Positions 23,675 to 32,000 of a stretch of DNA of 32,000 bases are shown here, in pieces. Position 1 is the first letter of the stretch. Each line of letters begins with the position of its first letter. Source of the stretch: an uncultured bacterium. Its GTDB lineage: Bacteria > GCA-001730085. The translations under genes and the position numbers were made by a program. Location of the stretch: NCBI GenBank assembly GCA_964565945.1, contig CAZMGY010000035.1:1-32000 (forward strand). The letters are read 5' to 3'. The notes beneath the pieces are model-generated. The model saw only the letters and a program-made list of their open reading frames with translations. It made no database searches and had not been told where the DNA came from.

Positions 23675-24745
23675 ATGCAAAAGTGTATGCACAACAAAGG
23701 TGTGATTGAATGTTACCGGTCCTTTTTACCTGTGAGTGATACAACGAGGGTTGTGTCTTTACATGAAGGAAATACGCCTCTTATCAAAGCCGAAAATTTA
23801 TCGAAGAAAATTTGCCCTTCTCTTGATATTTATTTGAAATACGAAGGACTCAATCCAACAGGGTCTTTCAAAGACCGTGGGATGACGATGGCTATCACTA
23901 AGGCGCACGAGGAAGGGGCAACGACTGTGATGTGTGCTTCGACGGGGAATACCTCAGCGGCGGCGGCGGCATATGCCGCAAAGTGTGGCATGACCTGTGT
24001 CGTGCTTATTCCCGAAGGGAAAATTGCTTTAGGCAAGTTGGCTCAGGCGATGATTTATAACGCTAAGGTGATTCAGGTGTGTGGTAATTTTGATGAAGCA
24101 TTGAAGCAAGTATGTACTATCACCGATAATTATCCGATCACTCTTGTCAACTCGATTAATCCTTATCGGATTGAAGGGCAAAAAACAGCGAGCTTCGAGA
24201 TTGTTGATGCTTTTGGTGATGCACCTGTTTACCAGGCCATTCCGGTGGGCAATGCAGGAAACATTACGGCCTATTGGAAAGGTTACAAAGAGTACAAGGA
24301 GGTCGGTAAAAGCACTCATTTGCCAAAAATGTTAGGGTTTCAAGCGGCGGGTGCTGCTCCGATTGTTCATGGTCATCCGATTGAAAACCCAGAAACCTTG
24401 GCCACTGCGATTCGTATTGGTAATCCAGCCAGCTGGCAAGGAGCCGAAGCTGCTCGCGATGAATCAGGCGGTTTGATTGAAGCGGTGACCGATGAGCAAA
24501 TTCTTGAAGCGTATCAAATGTTAGCTAGTCTTGAAGGTATTTTTGTTGAGCCTGCCTCGGCAGTGTCGCTGGCTGGTGTGATTCAAAAAGCTAAGCAAGG
24601 TTACTTTAGTAACGAAAAGGCTTCGGTGGTATGTACTTTAACAGGGCATGGACTCAAAGACCCTGATAATGCTATTAAGTGCACTCAAACTCCAGGAATT
24701 GTTGATAATGATACTCAAGCTATTCTTAAAGCTGTGGGACTGTAA
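23675..24745 (+). CDS. thrC: Threonine synthase
   Basis: It has the PLP-lysine motif NPTGSFKDRGM and is 356 aa long. SD gaggat lies 6 nt upstream. It sits 21 nt downstream of hom. Confidence 0.93.
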   Translation: MQKCMHNKGVIECYRSFLPVSDTTRVVSLHEGNTPLIKAENLSKKICPSLDIYLKYEGLNPTGSFKDRGMTMAITKAHEEGATTVMCASTGNTSAAAAAYAAKCGMTCVVLIPEGKIALGKLAQAMIYNAKVIQVCGNFDEALKQVCTITDNYPITLVNSINPYRIEGQKTASFEIVDAFGDAPVYQAIPVGNAGNITAYWKGYKEYKEVGKSTHLPKMLGFQAAGAAPIVHGHPIENPETLATAIRIGNPASWQGAEAARDESGGLIEAVTDEQILEAYQMLASLEGIFVEPASAVSLAGVIQKAKQGYFSNEKASVVCTLTGHGLKDPDNAIKCTQTPGIVDNDTQAILKAVGL

Positions 24746-25128
24746 ACTATTGTTTGTATAAGTTCTGTGTAGCAACTGTGATGTGATATTTTGGAATAAG
24801 GAATATGCATAATGTTTGTGTTGAAGACTCTTTCTGTTCGAAAATGAAGGAGTTTTTTTTTGCGTATTCCTTGGTTTGCTGAGCTTTGGCAATATTGCAG
24901 AAGGGTTTTTAATTGCCTCATCAGTGCCTAAGGGAGGGGGGCATGGAATCGTTACTGTTATAAAAGCTTTGGATGCGATGTCTCCCAACTACTGTATTCA
25001 GCTGTTATAAAAGCGTATGCGAGTTTAGCATCTGCCGTTGCCGAAGAACGTCTGAATGTTATGCAAGTACTGGGAAAAGTTCAAAGCTAAAGAGCGAAGC
25101 AATAAGCTCTTAATCGCATCGACCTTAC

Positions 25129-26733
25129 TCAAGTTTTATCTCTAGAAGCTTTCTTTTTGGCGTGAGTGATTAAGGGTGCTTTACCTTTGGTTTTAAAGCT
25201 GGCCACGATTGTTTCGGCTAGATCAAAAGGAACCGTTACAAAGGAAAAACTATCCAAGATTTGAATGTCGCGAATTTGCTTGATGGGCACGTTGCTTTGC
25301 GATGTGATTTTTTTAAGGAGCTTGTTAGGGGTTAAATTATCTTTTTTGCCAAGGGCTACAAATAAGCGCGTTTTGCCTTTGGTGTCGACAGATTTCTTTG
25401 AAGATGACACGTCTTTAACATCTTTGTACAGGTTGGGGTTGAGAGCGTCATCAAAGGTATAATTTAGTAAGGCCGAAATGATCTTGTGAGGAGGATGCTG
25501 GCTTAAAAGTTCTTCGGCCCAATTGGTGTATCGAAGTTCTTGGGTGCTTTCTAGGTAGCGTTGAATGTCATCTTGAAACTTTTTCTTTTTAGCTTGAATA
25601 AGTTCTTGAACTTCAGGCACTTTAGATTTTTTAATATCTGTTTTGGCTATCCTTTGGATGAACATCAGTTGTTTGTATTCTCGTGGCGTGATAAAGGTGA
25701 TCGCTGTTCCCGAATTGCCAGCACGTCCTGTACGACCAATTCTGTGGACATAGGATTCGGGATCCTGAGGTAGAGAGTAATTAATCACATGGCTGAGGTT
25801 ATCGATATCGATGCCACGGGCGGCGACATCGGTGGCAATCAAAATGGTGATGTCTTGTTTGCGAAAACGTTGAAACATTTTTTCTCGCAAGTTTTGGCTG
25901 ATATCACCGTGCACACATCCAGCATCGTAGCCACGGCTATTCAAATGACTGGTGAGGGCATCGACATCTTTTTTGGTGCGACAAAAAATCAGACCGTAGA
26001 AGGCCTCTTCCATATCGAGGATACGGCATAAAGCTTCGAACTTATCGCTTTCTTGGACTTCAAAATAAATTTGTTCGGTTAAATTGCTGGTGAGTTGTTC
26101 TTTTTTGATTGTGATTTGGTGATGCTCCGGCATGTATCTTTGGGCGAGCTTTTGGACGCCCTTGGGCATTGTAGCTGAAAATAAAAAGGTTCGTTTGTCT
26201 CGAGGTGTGTGACTCATAATGTATTCCATGTCTTCAATGAAACCCATGCTGAGCATTTCGTCGGCTTCGTCTAAAATGAGATAGCGAATGTGTGATAACT
26301 TTAAGCTACCACGCTTGATGTGATCAATGATACGTCCAGGTGTGCCGACCACAATGTGAACGCCCTTTTTGAGACGACGAAGTTGTTGGTCAATGGATTG
26401 TCCCCCGTAGACGGGTAGTGTTCTCAGTTCGGACTCTCCTCTAAAGGAGTGCATTTCTTCTGAAACCTGGAGTGCCAGTTCACGTGTCGGTGCCAAAATG
26501 AGAGCCTGAATTTGGTTGATGTTAGCATCAACCAAGTCAACCAAGGGCAATCCGAAAGCGGCTGTTTTTCCTGTTCCTGTTTGAGCTTGAGCGATAAGAT
26601 CGCGCGTTTCATTCAAAAGGAAAGGAATCGATTGCATTTGAACGGGAGTAGGCTCTTCAAAGCCTTTGGCTGTAATGGCGTTAAGTGTGGCCTTAGAAAG
26701 ATTAAGGTCTTGAAAACGAATAGTATCTGTCAT
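25129..26733 (-). CDS. DEAD-box ATP-dependent RNA helicase (CshA/DeaD-like, with C-terminal RNA-binding extension)
   Basis: It has the Q-motif region FEEPTPVQ, motif I AQTGTGKTAAF, DEAD in LILDEADEML, SAT, and HRIGRTGRAG. The basic C-terminal ~150 aa resemble a DbpA-type domain. Confidence 0.93.
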   Translation of the reverse strand: MTDTIRFQDLNLSKATLNAITAKGFEEPTPVQMQSIPFLLNETRDLIAQAQTGTGKTAAFGLPLVDLVDANINQIQALILAPTRELALQVSEEMHSFRGESELRTLPVYGGQSIDQQLRRLKKGVHIVVGTPGRIIDHIKRGSLKLSHIRYLILDEADEMLSMGFIEDMEYIMSHTPRDKRTFLFSATMPKGVQKLAQRYMPEHHQITIKKEQLTSNLTEQIYFEVQESDKFEALCRILDMEEAFYGLIFCRTKKDVDALTSHLNSRGYDAGCVHGDISQNLREKMFQRFRKQDITILIATDVAARGIDIDNLSHVINYSLPQDPESYVHRIGRTGRAGNSGTAITFITPREYKQLMFIQRIAKTDIKKSKVPEVQELIQAKKKKFQDDIQRYLESTQELRYTNWAEELLSQHPPHKIISALLNYTFDDALNPNLYKDVKDVSSSKKSVDTKGKTRLFVALGKKDNLTPNKLLKKITSQSNVPIKQIRDIQILDSFSFVTVPFDLAETIVASFKTKGKAPLITHAKKKASRDKT

Positions 26734-26905
26734 GAAAGTCTCTTTGTGTTTAGATGTGGTTTATTGATCTGTTACTTTTGTACTATATTATATAATAAAA
26801 ATAAAATAATTGCATAAAAAACATGTTTATTCATAAAAAAAAATATTTTCGGTTTTGTTCTAAGTCGTCCCGACCTAAAAGGCACGAGTTTTTTTTGTAT
26901 TTTCT

Positions 26906-26914
26906 TGGTATAAT
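26906..26914 (+). promoter_or_regulatory. Candidate extended -10 promoter (tggTATAAT) for the apgM-family gene
   Basis: TGnTATAAT ends 10 nt before the ATG at 26925, which implies a very short or absent 5' UTR. Confidence 0.35.
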
Positions 26915-26924
26915 CGCAGGCATT

Positions 26925-28112
26925 ATGAAGTATATCATTATTTGTTTAGATGGGATGTCCGATCATCCTGTGGAGATCTTGGGTGGCAAGACACCTGTTC
27001 AAGTGGCTCAAACACCTAACTTGGATCGCCTGGTGCAGCAAGGCGTGGTTGGTGCGATGCAAAACACGCCTCCAGGTCTTAAAGCTGGTAGCGATGTGTG
27101 TAATTTGTCTTTATTGGGCTATGATTGCGTGGGTTTTTATTCGGGTCGAGCACCCTATGAGGCCGCTAGTATGGGCATTGAGCAACAAGAGCACGAAGTG
27201 GTTTTTCGTTGCAATCTGGTTAATATTGTTGATGAAATAATGGTTGATTTTAGTGCGGGCCATATTGATTCATCTACAGCGGCGCCTTTGATTGAGGTGC
27301 TCAATCAGGAATTGTCCGAAGAAGGTTTGCGCTTTTATCCAGGTATTGGTTATCGTCATATTCTTTTAATCGACACGCGCAAGTATACCTATGATTTTAA
27401 AAAGTTGAACTGCACGCCACCTCACGACATTATGGGGCAAAACGTGGAGGTTCATTGGCCAAAGGGTGAAGGTGAAGAGTTGATAGACCGTTTGATGCGG
27501 GCTTCTCAGACCGTTTTGGCCAAGTATCCGAACAATCAGGGGTGCGAATATCCAGCCAATAGTATTTGGCTGTGGGGTCAAGGCGTTAAGCCTGAAGTGG
27601 AACCTTTCTTTGACAAGTTTGGCTTGCGCGGTAGCGTGATTTCGGCGGTGGATTTGGTTCGGGGGATTGGCCAATTGGCTCAATTAGATGTTCTCAATGT
27701 GCCTGGAATCACTGGCTATTACGATACCGACTATGCGGCCAAGGGCTGCTATGCCATCGACAGTCTTAACGACAAAGATTTCATTTTTGTTCATATTGAA
27801 GCCACGGATGAAGCGGGCCATAATGGCGATCACGTTGAGAAAGTGCGAGCGATTAAAAATGCCGATGCCAAAGTGATTGGCCCTCTGATGGAGGCGATGG
27901 AGGGTCGTGAATATCGTATGTTGGTGGCTCCAGACCACCCGACGCCAGTGGCCTTGCGCACGCATACTGAAGAGTATGTTCCTTTCGTGATGGCGGGCAC
28001 TGGGATTGAACAAGATGGGTGTCGCCCCTACGACGAAAATATCTTAACCGCTCAAGATGTGCCACGTTATGACCGCGGACATAAGCTGATTGCCGAGTTT
28101 CTAGCCCCTTAA
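26925..28112 (+). CDS. apgM-family (COG3635, cofactor-independent phosphoglycerate mutase-like) protein; probable non-orthologous homoserine kinase
   Basis: From the ATG at 26925 the protein begins MKYIIICLDGMSDHPVEILGGKTPVQVAQTPNLDRL...GSDVCNLSLLGYD...VVFRCNLV...DFSAGHI, the canonical N-terminus of this family. The metal-binding C-terminal blocks VHIEATDEAGH and PDHPTP are present. The 34 upstream codons in the ORF track are AT-rich, unconserved-looking sequence. Confidence 0.85.
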   Translation: MKYIIICLDGMSDHPVEILGGKTPVQVAQTPNLDRLVQQGVVGAMQNTPPGLKAGSDVCNLSLLGYDCVGFYSGRAPYEAASMGIEQQEHEVVFRCNLVNIVDEIMVDFSAGHIDSSTAAPLIEVLNQELSEEGLRFYPGIGYRHILLIDTRKYTYDFKKLNCTPPHDIMGQNVEVHWPKGEGEELIDRLMRASQTVLAKYPNNQGCEYPANSIWLWGQGVKPEVEPFFDKFGLRGSVISAVDLVRGIGQLAQLDVLNVPGITGYYDTDYAAKGCYAIDSLNDKDFIFVHIEATDEAGHNGDHVEKVRAIKNADAKVIGPLMEAMEGREYRMLVAPDHPTPVALRTHTEEYVPFVMAGTGIEQDGCRPYDENILTAQDVPRYDRGHKLIAEFLAP

Positions 28113-29683
28113 TTTTTTTTATGAAGTTTGTACTCAACGCTATCCAAAAGGGCGAGCCAGCTGGCCTCAATAATGTTTTCTGATACCCCGACTGTCGACC
28201 AGGATTGATGTCCATCGCGAGATTTAATCAGAACGCGTACTTTAGCCGCCGTAGCGTCTTGCCCATTCAGAACACGCACTTTATAATCGACCAAGTGCAT
28301 TTCGGCAAGTTTAGGATAGTAAGCCAAAAGAGCTTTGCGCAAAGCCTGATCCAAAGCGTTAATAGGGCCAGCCCCATCGGCAACCACATGCTCGCGTGCC
28401 CCTTTTACACGCATATCCACAGTCGCTTCGGCAATCATAATGCCCTCGAGATTATGGCGAATAACCGTGCGGTAATCGCGCACATCAAAGAAGGTTTTGT
28501 GCTTACCCAGAATACGATCCATTAATAGCTTAAGTGATGCATCGGCCCCTTCAAACGAATAATCTTCGTTCTCGAGTTGCTTCACTCGCTCCAAAATCGT
28601 GGTAATTTCTTCGGAGGTCTCTTCCAAATCTAAATCAAAAGCCAGTGCTTTAAGCGCAATATTGCTTTTACCCGATAACTCCGAAATCAAGATACGACGC
28701 TTGTTGCCCACCACTTCAGGCTCAATATGCTCAAAGGTTTGAGGGTTTTTCTTGACGGCGTTCACATGCATGCCCCCTTTGTGGGCAAACGCACTGTACC
28801 CAACATAGGCTTGTTTGTCGTTAGGAACCATATTGGCCAATTCACTCACATAGTAAGACACATTCATCAGTTGCTTGAGCGTACGTTTGGTCATGCATTT
28901 ATGGTCCATTTTAAGAATCAAGTTAGGAATGATTGAGCAGAGGTTGGCATTACCACAACGTTCTCCATAACCGTTGATGGTTCCTTGCACCTGTGTTGCC
29001 CCAGCATCAACAGCGGCCAAGCTATTAGCCACCGCCACTTCCGAATCATTATGACAATGAATTCCGACGGGCACAGAAAAACGCTCCACTACTTCGGCCA
29101 CACGATCACGGATTTCGAACGGCATCCGCCCTCCGTTGGTGTCGCACAGAACGAGCCAATCGGCCCCTCCGTTGACTGCCGCTTGCAATGTTTGCAAGGC
29201 ATACTCGGGATTGGCTACCGCCCCATCAAAAAAGTGTTCGGCATCATAAATCACTTCGTGACCGTGATCTTTTAAATATTTAACGGAACTCTCAATGATT
29301 TTCGAATTGTTGTTCAACGTTGTTTTCAAAACCTCGGTTACATGAAAATCCCAGGTTTTTCCAAAAATGGTCATTACGGGCGCTTCGGATTCCAAAAGCA
29401 TATTCAAATTAGCATCTTTGCCTGGAGTGATACCCTTGCGATGTGTGCTACCAAAGGCAGCCACTTTAGCATGTTTAAGCGATTCTTTTTTGATTTGGTT
29501 AAAAAAGTGTGCATCCTTAGGATTCGATCCAGGCCAACCGCCTTCGATAAAGTCAATGCCAAGTGCATCCAGTTTTTTGGCCACCTTGATTTTGTTTTCA
29601 CCGTTAAAAGAGACACCTTCCCCTTGGCTTCCATCGCGAAGCGTTGTGTCGTAAATGTAAATTTTTTGATTTTTTGCACTCAT
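28109..29683 (-). CDS. cimA: (R)-citramalate synthase / 2-isopropylmalate synthase family (LeuA-like, citramalate type)
   Basis: Motifs are IYDTTLRDGSQGEGVSF, IEGGWPGSNPKD and GIHCHNDSEVAVANSLAAV, with a C-terminal LeuA-dimer-type regulatory domain. The start is either the ATG at 29683 (MSAKNQKIYIYD) or the GTG at 29704. Confidence 0.8.
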   Translation of the reverse strand: MSAKNQKIYIYDTTLRDGSQGEGVSFNGENKIKVAKKLDALGIDFIEGGWPGSNPKDAHFFNQIKKESLKHAKVAAFGSTHRKGITPGKDANLNMLLESEAPVMTIFGKTWDFHVTEVLKTTLNNNSKIIESSVKYLKDHGHEVIYDAEHFFDGAVANPEYALQTLQAAVNGGADWLVLCDTNGGRMPFEIRDRVAEVVERFSVPVGIHCHNDSEVAVANSLAAVDAGATQVQGTINGYGERCGNANLCSIIPNLILKMDHKCMTKRTLKQLMNVSYYVSELANMVPNDKQAYVGYSAFAHKGGMHVNAVKKNPQTFEHIEPEVVGNKRRILISELSGKSNIALKALAFDLDLEETSEEITTILERVKQLENEDYSFEGADASLKLLMDRILGKHKTFFDVRDYRTVIRHNLEGIMIAEATVDMRVKGAREHVVADGAGPINALDQALRKALLAYYPKLAEMHLVDYKVRVLNGQDATAAKVRVLIKSRDGHQSWSTVGVSENIIEASWLALLDSVEYKLHKKN

Positions 29684-29763
29684 AACAAACCTATCTATAC
29701 CCACCCCTCAGGTCAGTAAGGACAAAGGTATTCATGTTTTTTATTATTCCACCGTTAGTAGTA

Positions 29764-30981
29764 TTATTTCTCCAATTCAAAAATCTTATGCAAAGCTTGA
29801 ACCGCCAACTGACCTTGTGATTCGTCAATCACGCAAGAAATTTTAATTTCCGAAGTGCTAATCATTTCAATGTTGATTTTTTCATCGGCCAAACAACGAA
29901 ATATTTTGGCGGCAACTCCCACGTGTCGACGCATACCTACACCCACCACCGAAATTTTGGCAATGTTTTTTTTGCACACCACATCTTGGGCATGCAACTT
30001 TCGAACCATATCTTGAGATACAATCATCGCTGCTTGCAAATCATCCTTCGGGATGGTGAACGAAATATCCGTAAAGTCTTCCAGGCTGATATTCTGAATA
30101 ATCACATCAATGTTGATATGGGCTTCCGCCAAAGCGGTGAAAATTTGAGCCGCCATACCAGGTTGATCAGGAACCTTCACGATAGTAAGTTTAGCTTCGT
30201 TTTTGTTCAAAGCAATCCCAGTGATAAGCACGTCTTCCATAGCATGAACCTCCTTTGTGATCAATGTGCCTGGGCCATCTTCGAAGCTCGAACGCACATA
30301 AATATCCAGGCCATATTTTTGAGCAAATTCCACTGAGCGTGAATGCAGCACCTTCGCACCCATACTGGCTAATTCCAACATTTCCTCATAAGCAATTTTA
30401 TCCAAACGTTTGGCCTCAGAAACAAGCTGTGGATCGGTGGTGTAAACACCGTCAACATCGGTGAAAATATCGCAATGATCGGCTTCTAATACAACCGCAA
30501 GCGCCACCGCAGACAGGTCTGAACCACCACGACCTAATGTGGTGATATCAAAATGTTCATTGATCCCTTGAAAGCCTGCCACAATCACAACTTTGTCTTC
30601 CTTAAGACTTTGTTGAATTCGCTCGGTTCCAATATTTACAATGCGTGCTTTATTGTGCACCGCATCGGTGCGAAAACTCACTTGAGCGGCATTAAAAGAA
30701 ATCGCCTCATGGCCTATTTCTTGAATCGCCATCGCCAAAAGAGCGATCGAGATCTGCTCTCCCGAAGCCAACAACATATCCATCTCTCGGGCACAGGGGG
30801 TCTGAGAAATTTCACGTGACAAAGACACCAACTGATCGGTGGTCTTACCCATAGCCGACACAACTACCACAATGTTTTTGCCCTGCTCCTTGGCTTTGCT
30901 CACGCGACGAGCCACGTTTTTAATTTTATCCGAAGTTCCTAGCGAGGAGCCTCCGTATTTATGCACAACCAGCAAACTCAT
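29764..30981 (-). CDS. lysC: Aspartate kinase (monofunctional, two ACT domains)
   Basis: Motifs are VHKYGGSSLG, VVVVSAMGKTTD and TLGRGGSD. The C-terminal tandem ACT region is LITGIALNKNEAKLTIVKVPDQPGMAAQIF... / ISVVGVGMRRHVGVAAKIF.... Confidence 0.93.
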   Translation of the reverse strand: MSLLVVHKYGGSSLGTSDKIKNVARRVSKAKEQGKNIVVVVSAMGKTTDQLVSLSREISQTPCAREMDMLLASGEQISIALLAMAIQEIGHEAISFNAAQVSFRTDAVHNKARIVNIGTERIQQSLKEDKVVIVAGFQGINEHFDITTLGRGGSDLSAVALAVVLEADHCDIFTDVDGVYTTDPQLVSEAKRLDKIAYEEMLELASMGAKVLHSRSVEFAQKYGLDIYVRSSFEDGPGTLITKEVHAMEDVLITGIALNKNEAKLTIVKVPDQPGMAAQIFTALAEAHINIDVIIQNISLEDFTDISFTIPKDDLQAAMIVSQDMVRKLHAQDVVCKKNIAKISVVGVGMRRHVGVAAKIFRCLADEKINIEMISTSEIKISCVIDESQGQLAVQALHKIFELEK

Positions 30982-31026
30982 TGAACGAGATCCTTTATTC
31001 AGCTTTATTCTATAAAAAAAACATTT

Positions 31027-31035
31027 ATTATATCA
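31027..31035 (-). promoter_or_regulatory. Candidate extended -10 promoter (tgaTATAAT on the minus strand) for aspartate kinase
   Basis: The minus strand reads gcaTGATATAATaaatg about 45 nt upstream of the ATG at 30981. A possible -35 ttcagc lies at 31055-31050 with a 17-nt spacer. Confidence 0.35.
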
Positions 31036-31587
31036 TGCTTTTGGCTTAAGCTGAACGTCTCCCCATGTAGTCGTTTCAAAGCGTCATTTTATGGTTCAAC
31101 AATGCCCTTCACATGACCAAAATCCGCAAAAATCACATATCACTAAAAATGGATTTATCAAAAACAGAATCGGTTGAAATACCTTGTAATATCAATGAGT
31201 TACCACAATTAATGCAGGGCTAAGATTTGTCGAATTTGAAAGGTTAGGAGTTTTATAAAATTTATGAAATGAGTGAAAGGATATTGGGGCAATATTAGGA
31301 GTAAAAAAGATAAAAACACAAAACATCTATTGATCCGCAATAGCACAGTGGAATTGGGTATCTTTACAGCGCAATCTTGGGATAAAAACATATTTAATAA
31401 TTGACGCTTTAAAACATATTGATCAGATGTTGTTTGTCGACTTTAGTGATGAACTGTAGCTGCTTCAATAGCGGTTTGAACAAGCGAGCTATGTTTTTGA
31501 GGTTATTGTGTCGAAGTCTCGACTGGATAGATAGTCTTAATCTGTTTTAATTAGTGATGGATTAATTTCGAAACAGGTCTGTTTGTG

Positions 31588-31596
31588 TGCTATAAT
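31588..31596 (+). promoter_or_regulatory. Candidate extended -10 promoter (tgcTATAAT) for valS
   Basis: TGnTATAAT lies 35 nt upstream of the valS ATG. The -35 is weak. Confidence 0.35.
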
Positions 31597-31631
31597 AAGG
31601 TTTTTGTGAGCAATTCAAAGATGTGAATATC

Positions 31632-32000
31632 ATGGCTAAATTGAATAAAATTTATAATCCTAAAGAGATCGAACAAAAGTGGTACCAAAACTCTGTTGAT
31701 AAGGGCTATTTCCATTCAGATGAATCCTCTGGAAAGCCTCCTTATACGATTGTGATTCCTCCTCCTAATGTGACAGGGGTTTTGCATATGGGTCATGCAC
31801 TTAATAATACCATCCAAGATATTTTGATACGCTACTATCGCATGAAGGGGCACAATGCTTTGTGGATGCCAGGGACCGATCATGCTGGGATTGCCACTCA
31901 GAATGTGGTGGAACGCAAGCTCAAAAAAGAGGGGAAACGTAAAGAAGATTTGGGTCGTGATGCTTTTATTGAAGATGTTTGGGATTGGAAAGCACACCAT
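31632..32000 (+). CDS. valS: Valine--tRNA ligase, N-terminal 123 codons (continues beyond the window)
   Basis: My own translation is [19 protein letters not shown]...[48 protein letters not shown]. This is the class-I HIGH region (HMGH) with ValRS-typical blocks. The frame is open to base 32000. Confidence 0.93.
   Translation, partial: MAKLNKIYNPKEIEQKWYQNSVDKGYFHSDESSGKPPYTIVIPPPNVTGVLHMGHALNNTIQDILIRYYRMKGHNALWMPGTDHAGIATQNVVERKLKKEGKRKEDLGRDAFIEDVWDWKAHH

Noticed and set aside
25090-25111. Hairpin aagagc-N10-gctctt downstream of the DEAD-box helicase gene as its terminator
   Set aside because: It has only a 6-bp stem with a 10-nt loop and no convincing U-tract on the minus strand. This is too weak to call.
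26823-26924. 34-codon N-terminal extension of the apgM-family ORF (MFIHKKKYFRFCSKSS...)
   Set aside because: The extension is AT-rich, basic and hydrophobic junk that overlaps the promoter-like TGGTATAAT. The family's conserved N-terminus (MKYIIICLDGMSDHP) starts at 26925.
31209-31391. Minus-strand 60-aa ORF in the aspartate kinase-valS spacer
   Set aside because: It is hydrophobic low-complexity sequence from AT-rich DNA. It has no SD and no recognisable family.
1-32000. Search for CRISPR arrays, rRNA, tRNA, IS elements, integrases or other recombinases, and toxin-antitoxin pairs
   Set aside because: I could not see any regularly spaced repeats, cloverleaf-capable sequences, rRNA-like conserved stretches, or transposase or integrase motifs in any ORF. 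The only mobile-DNA signature is the 21-bp repeat pair reported above.

Overview
This is a densely coding, mostly housekeeping bacterial chromosomal window. GC is roughly 40-45% by eye, and TAA, TAG and TGA are all used as stops. I cannot assign a taxon from the sequence alone.

Gene order, left to right:
- The 3' end of a giant repeat-rich surface protein, followed by a strong intrinsic terminator.
- glgP.
- A polytopic membrane protein with a degenerate GGDEF domain.
- lipB, lipA, a stand-alone 85-aa lipoyl-domain protein and a class-I aminotransferase.
- An Opp/Dpp-type ABC importer: lipoprotein binding protein, two permeases and one compact fused double ATPase.
- A 1.6-kb AT-rich insert bracketed by a perfect 21-bp direct repeat. 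Its only content is a heavily decayed KAP-family P-loop NTPase gene.
- A possibly frameshifted small membrane gene and an 11-bp perfect palindrome.
- A 1153-aa soluble protein on the minus strand, tentatively PPi-dependent PEP carboxykinase-like.
- A divergent, translationally coupled 4-gene envelope-lipid operon: coiled-coil membrane anchor, UgtP/MGDG-synthase-type glycosyltransferase, LpxL/HtrB-type acyltransferase and a YqaA/DedA protein.
- hom and thrC.
- A DEAD-box helicase.
- An apgM-family protein, the proposed non-orthologous homoserine kinase.
- cimA and aspartate kinase.
- The 5' part of valS.

I could not recognise any rRNA, tRNA, CRISPR array, transposase or integrase.

Findings most worth follow-up:
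- The att-like 21-bp repeat and the decayed NTPase insert at 12.9-14.5 kb.
- The orphan 1153-aa enzyme.
- The glycolipid-type operon.
- The GGDEF protein that has lost its active site but keeps an RxxD I-site.
- The lipB-lipA-lipoyl-domain arrangement.
- The threonine/isoleucine gene neighbourhood, which lacks a canonical thrB.
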